64,000 bases of DNA. Source: Elsinoe ampelina (Eukaryota). The stretch covers positions 1,027,132-1,091,131 of the forward strand of contig ML992510.1 in the NCBI GenBank assembly GCA_010093995.1. Direction: 5' to 3'. Each line of letters starts with the position of its first letter. The stretch's first letter is position 1. The notes beneath the pieces are model-generated. The model was given only the letters and a program-made list of their open reading frames with translations. It had not been told where the DNA came from and made no database searches. Made by a program: the position numbers and the translations under genes. This document shows positions 40,090-53,800 of this stretch, piece by piece.

Positions 40090-43000
40090 ACGTATTTACT
40101 CTTAAACACTATTATATATTATTCGTCGATCTATCTTAGCCTTAGCTTATCTATATAAGAATCTAGATAGTTATAAAGCATATTAGCTACTCTTTTAAGA
40201 TTGTTAATTAGCTACTAGGTAAGGTCCTCTAGATAGCCTTTCTAGCTTATATAAGTAACTAGCTTACTACGTAGTATATATATATTAATTATATCGTCTA
40301 CCTTATATTTCTCTTTACCGTTAACTTATACTAGAGGTAGTTTATTAAAGGCTTAGCCTAGTAGAGAGTTATTTAGGTACTTAGTAAGGAGGTTAGTATA
40401 GAACACTAAGTAGATCCTTTATAGTATAGCTAGTAAATTAAGCTTATATACTAGTAGTAATTATTTCTTAAGAATCTTATAGAGACCGACATGCTTTAGT
40501 AGTAGCTTTAGATTACTCTATAGCCAGAGGTTCTTTATTAATAGCTAAACTAAATTACCTACCTTAAACTCTATTAGCTAGTAGTACTTATTAGCTTATT
40601 CTACTATCCGTAACTAGGCAATAGCGAGGTTAGCCTTAGTAATAGCTAGTGCCTCTTCTAGTTGCTTAGTAAGTATATAGATGTCGACCTTACTTAGCTT
40701 AGCTCTTATTAATAGTACGTTAGAAGAAAGCTAGAAGCTTAGCCTTAGCTTATATCCTCTAGTAACCTCGAATAGTAATAGCTTAGTACTTTCTAATAGA
40801 TTAATATTAGTAGAGAATTCTACAACTAGTAGAACAAGTAACTAATTACTAAAGTGTATAGTATATAAATAAATAACTCGCTTAAACTTATAATTTATAA
40901 CCTCTAATTAGCTATCTATTTATAGATACTCTATAGTAGATAGTTTAGTAGTAATCTTTAGGACTTAGTAGAGCCTCTTCTATATATTACTAACGAACTA
41001 AGGGCTATAATCCGAGGTAATACTATCTAGTAGACTATATAGTTTCTACACGTAGAAGAATAATAGCTTAGTAGTCTTAAACGCTAAAGTACTACCTTCT
41101 CTAGAGAAGTATAGAATTAAGTATTGTTCCTTAGATAGGTAGTTAACGATATAGAGTACTACGTTATAGCTATCTACTAGAGGTAGACTAGTAACGAAGT
41201 TTATAGTAATATATTACTATAGTCTTACTAGAATAGGTAATAGCGATAGAAGGCTAGCTAGTAAGCTATAGTAAGCCTTTAAGTGCTTATAGTTATAATA
41301 GTTAGCAACGAACCTCTTAATATTACTATTATATCTAGAGATATAGAAAGTAGACTTAATTATAGTAGCTATTTTAATAGCTTCTTCGTGTATATAATTC
41401 TTTAATATATAGACTCCTTAGATAACTTTTATAGCTATAGAGAAAGGCATAATTAACTAGCTAGCGGCGTATAGTATTCCTTTCTTAATTATAACATTAG
41501 TCGATAGTAACTATTTCCTCTTTAGGAAGGCCTCTATTATATAGTAGATGCCTTAAGCTAACTTAAACTTAGCGTCTTATAAGTTAGCCTTAGCTACCTT
41601 ATCGAAAAGGAGTAAAGGCTCTTCTATAGTTAAAATAGGTACTATATAGATGTCTAGTTTAGTAGCCGAAATAGGCGCTAATATAGGTAGCGAAATAGGA
41701 GGTAAACTAGAAGGTAAAATAAGTAATAAACTAGATAGTAAACTAGTTCGCGAACTAGATACTAAACTAGATCTTAGTTCGGCTTAGATTAGTAATCTAG
41801 TTTAGATATAACCTAGATTTAGTTTGTTAATAATACGCTAATCTAGCACCTTATATAGTAGTAGTGTCTAGTATAGATTAGAGTCTTCTTTCGAATATAG
41901 TACGTTTCTATTTCTCCTTATAAGTATATTAGCCTTGCCGTTAGTAGTACTAGGCCTATATATAATCTTAAAGTTAAACTACGTAAGGTAGAGAGCTTAG
42001 TACACTTAGTAGCGTAATAGCTTCTAAGTCTTTATAAAGTGTATTAAGGATTAGTAGTTAGTAAGAACGTAGATAGCCTTATTAATTTAAGTACTTATAA
42101 GCTTAGGGGCCTACTTCTCGAAGGCTTAGATAATAGCTAGTAGTTCCTTATTATAGATAGCGTAGTTACGTTCGGCTTTATTTATAGATTTACTAAAAAA
42201 AGTAATAGGCCGAAGAATATTAGACTTATTATATTATAATAGAATTCCGGCGGTAGTAGTGTTAGAGGCGTCTATCTTAAGGACTATCTATTTTAAGTAA
42301 TTAAAGTGTATAAGGATAGGTACGCTTATAATAGTATAATTTATATAATTAAATATAGTAGTATACTTATTATTCTATAGTATAGTATTCTTCTTAAGTA
42401 GATTATTTAGTAGCTTAGCGATAGTACTAAATCCCTTAATAAAGTAATAATAGTAGCTATAGAAGCTAATAAAGCTTCTTACCTAAGTAGTATTACTAAA
42501 GGCTAGCTATTTCTACACTTATATAGCTTCTACTTTCTTAGGATCTATCTTAACTCTATCTTAGCTAATAATAATACTAAGGTAGTTTATCTCTATTAGG
42601 TAGAACTTACTCTTCTTAATGTTAGTATTTAGGCCTAATTTATAGAGCCTCTAGAGTACTAGCTTAATATACTTAGTATACTCTTAGTAAGAGTCGTTTA
42701 TATAGATAAGAATATTATCTAGGTAAATCGATATAAAGCGCTCTAGTATATTAATAAAGTTATAATTTATAAACCTCTACTAGACTATAGAGGTATTAGT
42801 AAGACTAAATAGTATTACTAGCTACTTAAAGTTACTTATATATATAAAGAACATAGTAAGATCTTTATTATTAACAGAGTTATAGAGGTAATAGAAGGCT
42901 TAATAGATATTAATCTTACTAAACTATTTAGCCTTACTTACACGCGTAAGTGTTTCTTTAATAAGAAGTAGAGGATAGATATCTTACTTAGTTACCTTAT

Positions 43001-43859
43001 TAAGGCTATAGTAGTTAACGTAGAGATAGAGTCCTCTACCTAGCTTACGAATAAAGAGAATAGGTAAGGAATAGCTAGTAGAACTCGGTGTAATAAAGCC
43101 TTTATTAAGATATTCTTAGATAAATTGTTCTACTATATTAAGTTTTTCTAGTAATAGACAGTATAAAGGCTCTATATATAGTAGCTTAGTACTATCTTTA
43201 AGTATAATATAGTTGTTAAAATTTAGCCGATACTAAGGAAGTATATTAGATTATTCTTTAGAGAAGATATTAGTAAACTTCTATAGCTCCTTTAGGAGAA
43301 CTACTATAGGATCTAGTTCTAGCTTAGAGACTATCTAGTAGTAGTCTTCGATATTCTTTACTAAGATTATAAATACCTTATTCTTTTAGTATTTAGCTAC
43401 TAATATAAAGGTAGCTATACTAATAAAGGTAATAGTTAGCTCTTCTTATTTAGCATTACTTACGTAGGTAAGTAAGTAGAAGAACTTATACATTAACTAA
43501 GTACTATAGGAGATTAGCTTAAACTCTCTCTAATTTAGCTTAAAGTTTAACCTAAGAGCTAGTAGCTAATATAGTCTAGTTCGTCCTAACTTAGTAGCTA
43601 AGCTAGAACTTAGTTTATAAGTTAGACTAGAACTAAACTAATTCTAAACTAAAAGAGTAGCTTTGCTAAGCTAGATTCCTAGATCTAAGCTAGGCTTAGA
43701 TCTAGATCCTAGTCTTTTAATTAGCTATAGTAGCTTCTACTTAATAATAACTAGTAAAAACTCTTCTTTATATATAACTTAGCTATACTTATAGTCGGTA
43801 GTAGCTCTATTAGCTTTAAGCTAGCTAAGGCTAAGAATAATGTTAAAATAGCTAATATC
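40090..43859 (-). pseudogene. pol of C2 (RT, RNase H, integrase, chromodomain)
   Basis: IYLD(N)ILIY near 42700-42730 on the minus strand, ILFIRK-type motif near 43050, chromodomain ~40130-40290. Confidence 0.9.
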
Positions 43860-44062
43860 TATTAAGAATATAGCTCTCTCTAGATAATTAAGCTATAAAG
43901 TTATATAACCTTAAGTTATGTAATGCTAAGGCCTAGGGATTTATAGCTGTTCTTTCTTCTAGTAGATAGACTTCTTTTAATTAATTAACTCGTCTATTAC
44001 CTAACTAGTGTACGATTAGTTCTATATAATATTCTATCCCTAAACATGCCTTCTACTTAACA

Positions 44063-44074
44063 GGTTATAAGCCC
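44063..44074 (+). promoter_or_regulatory. Primer-binding site of Copia-D (GGTTATAAGCCC, probably RIP-mutated GGTTATGAGCCC; half-tRNAiMet type)
   Basis: Lies directly after the LTR-terminal CA. Same motif in G at 55952-55963. Resembles the copia/Ty5-type PBS. Confidence 0.75.
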
Positions 44075-45989
44075 GGAGCTATAGCATAAGTATAGAATTA
44101 TATATACTATAGTTAAGTATCTACGTTATTAAAATTAGGCCGGATTCTATTAGTATTCTCCTTCGTTTCTCCTTTATTATCTTAATCCTAGACAGATTAG
44201 TAGAGGTAGTATAAAGCGTAAAAGACTAGTTACTTAGTACATTAAGTAGAACGTATTAAGACGTCTACTATAGATTTATTTCTATAATTGTATAATAGCT
44301 ACTATTTATTAGCTATAAATAACTAAACAATATTTATTTTATTACTGTTTTCTCTCTCGAGATTAAGTACCTATTAATCTTATTAATAATTATCTAGTTA
44401 AGACTAGTATAGAGATCTTAACACCTAGAAGAATTAACTTAAAGGTAATTAACCTCCAGATCCCAACCTTTATCTATTTATTTATAAAGTTCTTTTCTAC
44501 TCTAGAACTTATCTTTAGCTATAGAAGACAATAATACCTAATTAAGGCAGCTAGTACCTATACTCTCTAAAGATAACTATAAGAAGTAGTTCTAATAAAT
44601 AGAGCTCTAGCTTATATTAAAGAAGGTATTATAGACTCTTACTTCCCTTACTAAACTATTAGTAATAACTCTAGGGTTATTATTAACTTCCTTATTTAAC
44701 TCCTAGTATTCTCCTCTATCGGTAGAGGAGAATAGTACTACCCTTTACTAGATCTATAGATATATCTCTAAGAGAGATTAAGAGATAATTTAGGAATAGT
44801 AGTAGGCTAAACTAGCTTAAGAGAAGCTAAAGAGTAAGTATATAAAGTAGATAGATACATAGGTAAGATAACTTTAGAAAGAGTTTATAATATACACTAT
44901 AAGTAATAATATAACTATCTTAGATGCCTAGTTATACCTAACTATATTAGGAAGGAGAATTAATAGATCTTTAGAGATTAAGTAATACTTCTTACTAATA
45001 ATAAGAATTTAGAGACTACTTAGTACTCTTTTAGCTTTATAGTTAACTATAAGAGATGCCTTAGATGCTTAACTATACCTTAGTATAGATAAGATCTATA
45101 ACATTCTTAAAGAAAAGAAAGTATAGAAGGGAGAAGAGAAATCTATTATATTTATAAGAGATAGACTATAACAGGAAACTAGTAGGAGTTTAAACTATAT
45201 ATATATCTTATATAAGAAACCTAGACACTCTATATTAAGGTATCCTTATCTCTAATAAGCTAAGAAGCATATCTAGCTATTCTATAGAGTTACTAAAAGA
45301 AGTAGCTCTATAAGGAGGTAGTTACCTAAGCGCTAGGAACTACTTAAACTTATAAGGTAGCTTACTAAGAGAATAGACTTCCTTAAAGTAGCTAAATTAA
45401 GAAGGAGAGGTAAAGCCTATCTAGCTACTAAGAGTAGTTTATTACGAACTAGTAGGACAGCTAGAATATAGAGACGTTAGGACTAATTAAGCTACTAAGA
45501 TTATTACGTAACCTAGCCTAACATTTACTTAGTTCTCTATCTTCTCTAGTAGCTCTACCCCTAAAACTATAAAGTATATAGGTTACTAGTAGACGTATAC
45601 TCTATATTACTTTTAACTCTTACTACGAAGCATATAGAGTATATAGAGAACGTAATAGAAAATATATATATATAGGAATAGTCCTTACCTTATGTAAGTA
45701 CTATAGTTAACCTCGTCTAGATAGCGAACACTAGTATTACTAAGGCTAGCCTTTATAATACTATCTAATTGTACTTTATTATTTATAAGACATACCTTCT
45801 CTAACTCTTACCTTAGTGCTATACTACTATAGAAGTAGAACTACCTCATTCCTAGCTTAGCTTAGACTACTAGTGTAGGCTATATTTAGACGGTTCGTAA
45901 CATTTTAACTACTCTTACTATAGTATAGCACGCTATAAGGTTAATAAGTAACTCTCGCTCTAAGTTACTATTAGTATCTTCGATCGCTA

Positions 45990-48900
45990 GTAAGCTAGGA
46001 AAGCTTACTATTAACGACATATCTACTACTAGTTTAACCTCGGGTAAATATAGAAGGTCTTTTAGTATAGAAGGACGGAGTAGGCCTAAGTTAGAGGTAG
46101 AACTCTTCTACGGGGACCGCGCCTACTTAAGGCGCTTTCTTGTTTAACTTAAAGCCTTCTTTGCTCTAGAGAGAGATAAGTATAGTAACGACGTAGTAAA
46201 GGTCCTCTATACCGGGATATACCTTAAGGGCGCTACCTTTAGGTAGTTTAAGCCTTATATAAGTAGCTACCTAGATAGATAACTAGGCCTAGATATAAAG
46301 GCTATCTTTAAGAGCTTTAGTATCTTCTAGGCAAAGATTAAGTAAGTCTTTAACGTATCTAACGAGAAACACGTCGCTATAATAAAGATCTAACAATTAT
46401 AACAATATAGGTCTATAGCCTAGTACTATTCCTAGTTCTAACAACTTATAATATACCTAGACTAGGACAATAGTGCTAAACACTTAGTATTCTATTAAGG
46501 ACTAAGCGACTCGGTTAAAGACTAAATAATACCTAAGCTGCCCGATAGCCTTTAGGAACTAGTAGATACTATAATTGCTATTAATAATAGACTTTATAAA
46601 CGACATATAGAACGTTATAGAGGATATAAGGTAAATACTAGATATATACGTTCCTCTCGAAACTATAGAGACTCTATAGAACTTAATACTATATATAAAG
46701 GCTACCCCTTATAGGTATAAGGCTATAGTTATAGAGGAAAGTTCCTTAGTAGAAAAGAGAGAGAGAAGTATAAATAAGATAATCTATATTTTAAGTGTAA
46801 AAGACCTAAGCATCGGGCTAGAGACTACCGATAAGAGGCGCTAGCTAATAGATTATATATAATAGTTGCCGGGCTAGTAGAAAAAAAGGCTAATACTACT
46901 ATAGAAGACCTAACGACCTTTAGCGTAGATAAGGAAATATAGAAGAGATCTACGACGACTTAAGAGGTAATAGAATTCTCTCCGGATGTTATACTTAATA
47001 TCTCTATAACTAATAGCGAATAACAAAGCTAAAACATAACGCTATTATAGATAGTATATTATAATAACTCTTATTATATTTACTTATTAGACAAGTAAGA
47101 ATCTAGTTAGTTCCTATATAAGCTATCTAAGCGTAGGTAACTAATAAAATAGCTAGACTAGGGGCTTAACCTAGAAAGGCTCTCTATAATTAGTAGTAAC
47201 ATTAACTAACCTTAGAAGGTAGTTAGCGACAATTACTAATATACGATTATTAAGATAAAGTATTAGGACGTAAGTGCTACGCGATAATATAGTAGCCTTA
47301 CCTTTAGCTCTTATAGTAAACTATAAGGAAAGGCATATTATATGTTACTCTAGAAATATATAAATCTAAATTATAAATAGTACTATACTATCTACTTATA
47401 CGATATGCTTAGAGAAGACGCTATTAGTCTTAAATATACTATAGACTTCTCGGTAATCGAGATAGATAGTACTATTCCCTATAGCTAAGTAAAAGAATAT
47501 ACTTAGTATAGCTTTACTAACTATAACTATACTAGGGGTAGTAGCGATAAAGAGAAATATAACAAAGAATATACTAAATAACTACGATGTAATAATATAG
47601 ATAAGAACTTATTTAACAATAATAATAACAATATACTACTATCGGGTAAACAACTTAAAGTATACCTTATAGAGATATAGAGAAATTATATAATAATATA
47701 TACCTACTACTAGAATAGAACGCAATAAGACAAATCTATATAACTTATTTTTGTCTTTAATACTAATACCTAGCTATACCTAGAAGAAATAGTTATACCT
47801 ATACGAGTATATAACACTACTTAGTACAACTAGTAGAGAATTATTAAACTTTATAGTTACTAAGGGACTTAGGCGCTAGAAGTTTACTTTACTATATTAA
47901 ATAGCAACAAAACACAACTTACCTAATAGATATAGTACTAATAGTAGATACGTATAGAAAGGAATTAGCTACTTATCTAAGGAGCTATAATAACAAAAAA
48001 CTAGCTAGTTATTGCCTAATAAGGTAAGACAATAACACTAGCTAAAGCCTTAATATAATAAAGATCTATATATTAAACTACTTTATACTAGAAGTTAAAA
48101 TATAAGAAAGTAAAGTAAGAGCAATAATAGATTTAGGAGCTAACTATAGCTACGTCTCTATAACAGTTACTAATTAGCTTAAACCTTATTAATACTAGAA
48201 GGAGTTACCTTATCTACTTACTATAGTAGATAGAACCCCTATAGAGAAGAACGGGAAAGTTACTTAGGAACTACGAAACGTTATAATCTAAATCGAAACA
48301 TACACGGAAAAACAATTAATTAATATAGTTAATATATAGTATAATATAGTACTTAGTATAGACTAGCTTTAATAACATAATCTAGACGTAGACTAGATTA
48401 AAAGAACACTCGAATTCCCTAAGTGTAATTATAGAATATAGAGAGTATAATTAGCTCTGTAGATACTAACTATAAGGATAGTATAGATATAACTAATAGT
48501 TAGAGCTATTACTAGTATAAGCGATTAAGTACTTCTACTAGAATATAAAGACTTTAAGGACTTATTTAAAGAAAGAGAAGGTATTATAGCCTTACTCTAA
48601 TATAAACTATAGAATTACGAAATACCTTTTAAAGAAGATAAATCCCTAATACACTATTAAGGTCTTATACTACTATCGAAACAAGAGAAGAATATTCTTA
48701 AGAACTACATCGATAAGTACTTACTTAAAGGATTTATATAACTATTAAAATTACCTATTACGTACGAAGTACTTTTTATACTAAAAAAGAATAGAACGTT
48801 ATAAATATACATTAATTACTAGAAACTTAATACACTTACTAGGAAGAATTACTATCCCCTACTAAGGATTAATAAACTTTAAGACTAACTACTTAGAGCT

Positions 48901-50840
48901 AAATAGTTTACTATAATTAATATTAGAGATGCCTATTATTAAGTATAAATAAAAGAGAGTAAGGAGTAGAAGATAGCTTTTAGAACGTAATAGAGTCTAT
49001 ATAAGTACCTCGTTATACTCTTTAGGTTAACTAACGCTCCTATAACCTTCTAAGAGTTAATTAATAACACTCTATAAGAATACCTTAACAATTTTATCTT
49101 AGCATATTTAGATAATATTATTATCTTCTTAAAGATGTATAATAAACACATAGGACATATTTATAAAGTACTATAGAAACTAAAAGAAAAAGATCTACTA
49201 GTAAAACTCTCTAAGTGTAAGTTCTATAAATATAAGATACAATTTCTAGACTATGTTATATCTACTAATAGTATTAGACCTAATCCGAAGAAGATTAAGT
49301 TAGTAAATAACTAGCCGGAACCTAGGACAGTTAAGAAGGTTTAAGCGCTACTAGAGTTCTTTAACTACTACTATAAGTTTATTAAAGAATTCTCTAAGGT
49401 AGCTATACTAATATCTAACCTTACGAAAAAGAAAACTAGCTTTATCTTCGACAAGAGATATAAGTAGGCCTTTAAGGAGCTAAAGCTTAGGCTTATAATA
49501 GTACCTATCCTAGCACTCTTCGACCTAGACTAATAAGCACTACTAGAAATAGATACTTTAGACTTTATAATAGAAGCGTATCTAGCATAGAAGAGCGTAG
49601 AAGAATAACGCTACCTAATTGTATACTACTTATAAAAAATAACCGGACCTAAACTTAACTACGATATATACGATAAGGAATTACTTATAATTATAAAAGT
49701 GTTCTACGAATAGAGAGTATACCTAGAAGAGATAACCTTACCTATATAAGTCTACACTAACTATAAGAACCTTCTATATTAAATAATAACTAAGGTTCTT
49801 AATAGATAATAGGTTTAATAGTTAGAAACACTTATAAGCTATAACTTCTAGATCTACTATGTTAAGGGATTAGAGAATAGTAGAGTAGACGCTCTTAGCT
49901 ACTAGCTAGATTACTTAAAAAATATAATAACAATAGAGGCCTCTATACTAAAGTAGTAGGATAACGCTCTAGTCTATAAGTACCTAAAGGTAGAGTAGTT
50001 ATATAGCCTTACCTAGGAGCTTACGTAAGAACGAAAGAAAGAAGTTATTTAAATATACTATAATAACCTAATAGCGGGACATAGTAGGATTAATAAGACT
50101 ATTAAACTTATTATATAAAACTACATCTAGAAAGGACTTTAAAACAATATTAAGACATATATCGCTACCTACGATATATGCTATAAGTCTAAGCACTCTT
50201 AACATAGACTATATAGCCTACTATAACTCTTACTACTACTAGATAAACTATAGCAATTAGTTACGATAGACTTTATAGGACCTCTACTACTATTAGAAGA
50301 ACCTCTTATAGGTATAAAGTATAATAGTATTCTAGTCCTAGTAGATAGGTTTACGAAGTATTACTACTTTGTCCTATATAAGACAATAGTAACTACCGAG
50401 GATATAGCCTTTATCTTTCTCTAAATAATTGTTTTATAATACGGAGTACTATAAGACCTAATAACCGATAGAGATAAGCTATTTACGTTATAATTCTAGT
50501 AATTATTTATAGATCTACTAGGAGTTAAATATAAACTATTAACCTTCTTTTACCTATAAATAAACAGATAAACTAAATAGGCAAATTAAGTACTAGAGTA
50601 GTACCTATAATACTACCTAAACTATAAGTAAGACTTATAGGTAACGCTATTACTACTTATAGAGCTCGCTATTAACAATAGAAAGTTAGCAAATAGAATT
50701 TTACTATTCTATATAAACTATAAGATATACCCGGATCTATACTACGACATACTTAGAATTAAGCTAGTATCTAAGGATACTAATATACTAGTAGCTAACA
50801 TTAAGAAACTATATAACTAGCTATACTATAATATAGTATT
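45990..50840 (+). pseudogene. gag-pol of F, 5' part (zinc knuckle ~46785-46830, protease ~48125, RT, RNase H, integrase)
   Basis: CFKC..GH.A.DC-like knuckle, AIID(L/S)GAN protease motif, YLD(N)IIIF at 49105. Continues at 56172-56700 with the chromodomain. Confidence 0.9.
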
Positions 50841-53800
50841 TATTAAGCGGAAGGCACGTTTAGGGGTAGAGTATTATATAGAACTAATCCGCACACTAGT
50901 TAGGTAATAGACGAGTTAATTAATTAAGAAGTCTATCTACCGAAAGAAAGAATAGCTATAAATCCCTAGGACTTAGCATTACATAACCTATAGTTATATA
51001 ACCTTCGGGCCTTAGTCTAATTATCTAGAGAGAGCTATATTCTTAACACTTCTACTTAGCTCCTATAGATAAGCTATTAGGTTAATAATAAGCTAAGTTA
51101 CTTTATAAACCTCGTAAAGTTCTAACCTTATAATAGCTTAGTTAACCTATTAGCTACTATGTCTACTGTCCTTATAAACTTAACCTATATCCTCTAGTCC
51201 CTCTATAGCCTCCTAACGTAGTAGTAAGCAACATTAATGTGTTTTGCCCTTTTATAAGTATATAGCTCCTTTATAAGTAAAAGAGCTACCTAGTTATTAC
51301 TATTAATCTTAGTAGTAAAGGGTAATCTTATTATTGCTTTCTAAGACTCCTTTATAGTTAGCTTCTAAGGTAATTAACTAACTATCTTATAACAGCCTAT
51401 GTCTCTTAGTAACTAAGATAGGAACTATAATCTCTTTATATAAGAGTATATTACTATATATTTAGCCTCTATAGTAGAGGTTAAAATAGACTTCTACTTC
51501 TTACTTATCTAGCTAATAGAACTACCTATAAGCATAAAGACGTATCTAAGAATAGAGACTCTATCTGTCTTGTCTAAGGCATAGTCTAAATCAGAATATC
51601 CCTTAAGAGTCTTATTACTATTCCTCCTAAATACTATACTAAGATCTTTAGTTAATCTAATATATCTTAATATCTTCTTTATCTTAATAGTATAGCTATC
51701 TATTAGATCTGCTATGAACTAACTAAGCCTTCCTAAGGCAAAGGCAGTATCTAGTCTTATTAGGGTACTAAGGTACATCTAGCTTCTAATAGTATATAAG
51801 TACTTAGTTCTGCTAAACCTTATATCTTTAGTCTAAGCTCTCTAAGGGAGCTTATTGTCTATTAGCTACTTTATTAGAGTAACCTTGTTAGAGGTTATAT
51901 TAAGCCTCTATAGCACATTATCTATATAGTAGGTCTAGTTAAGCCTTAAGGTTCCTTATTATCTATCCCTTATAACCTTAACTCTAAGAACTTTACTAAC
52001 CTTACTAAGATTCTTAATCTTAAAGATTCTACTAAGCTCTTGCTTAAACTACTAGATGTTCTCTTTACTTTGTGCTATAAATAGTATGTTATTAATATAA
52101 ACTAAAAGAATAATCTTCTTGTTATAGTATATAAGAAGATAGAGGTCTACTTTGCTCTAAGTAAAGCCTAGCTTTAAAAGCTTAGAGATGTAGTGCTAAT
52201 TCTAATCTCTAGTAGCTTACTTAAGTCTATATAAGCTCCTAAGAATACGAAAGGTAATGCTAGGTTAGACCTTAAGTCTAGGTAGTAGCCTTATATAAAT
52301 TACTTCTCTAAGGAATAATTCTATAAAGGCATTATTAATATCTACCTAATAACATTTAAGGTTAAGTATATATATAATAGCAAAGAACAGTCTTAGTGTA
52401 TCTACTCTAACTGTTAGTATAAATATGTCTTTATAGTTAATGCTATACTTCTATAAGAAGCCTCTAGTAACAAGTCTAGCCTTAAACTTCTTAATAGAGC
52501 TATCTATGTTATACTTAACGTTAAAGACCTACTTAGATGTTACTAAGTTTAATCCTTTTAGAGAAATAACCTCTTCCTATATGTTATTTAATTCTAAAGT
52601 ATTAAGCTCTATATTAATTGCTTTCTGCTACTTACTTCCCTAAACTAGATTAGTAATAGCCTTATAGTAGTCTCTTAGAATTAGGACATATTACTTAATA
52701 GAGGCTGTTATAGTAATCTTATTAACCTTATCTTACTAATTAATACACTTAGTAATAAATGCTCTATAATACTTTACCTTAGGCTCTTTATTATTAGATT
52801 CTTTATCTCTTAATCTCTTAAGTGATTAACCTACATAATTAGGTAATATAGATTAAACTATTAGCTCTTCTCTATATTAGAATTCTATAAGGTTAATAGG
52901 GTTAACCCTTAGAATCTCGATATATAAGAAGCTTCTCTCTATAGGCGCTTCTTACTAAATAGGCTAGTCTAATTAGTCCACCTTAGGATTAAGCTAGGCT
53001 CGGATCTAGGTTAGTCTACTAATTAGTCTCCTAACTAGTGCTTAATTGCTTGTAGTGCTAATCTTAATACTAAGATTAATATTCCTACCTTTCTTAAATT
53101 TAGAGAACTTAACATTTAGTAATACAATTACTGCCTTCCTATTAGGTACCTATATCTTATACATCCTATTAGTTCTATCTATATAGCTAAGGAATACTCC
53201 TACTCTTCCTCTGTCTATAAGCTTATCTTTTCTTCTATATATAGGAAAGGACTTTAGGTTTATATAGGTATATACCTTATAGCTCTAGACTCTAATGTAA
53301 TTAACTAATAGCTTAATGCCTATATAGGCCTTAATTAGTGTAACTTGCTTATTATTAATTATAGGTCTAGTTACTATTCTGTTTCTTAGATATATATCTA
53401 CCTAAACTGCTTTAGGCTAGAACTTATTTAGTATCTTTAAGTCCTTAAGCATTGCTCTTATGCTATTCTCTAAGGTTTAGATGCCTTTCTCTACTAGTCT
53501 ATTCTAGATTAAATTATATAGCTTAGTAGTTATATAATAGATGTCTTCTTAGCGCTCTTACTACTTTAGAATCTTATTAAGCTTACTAGCATTATCTAAT
53601 CTAGTAACTTTAACTTTAGTATTACTTTTCTTTTTAACCCTTAGCTTCTATTTAATAAGCCTTTATAGAGCTTTATCTCTTATCTTAAGTAGTATAATCT
53701 ATGTTATTCTTAAATAGCTATCTATAAGCTTAAGGAAGTATCTAAACCCTTTCTTACTTACTTTAATTAGGCTATAGATATTAGCATAGATAAGCTAAAG

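Noticed and set aside
52440..52643. 67-aa plus-strand ORF
   Set aside because: It is the antisense shadow of the Copia-G RT start (FKARLV.RGF on the minus strand).
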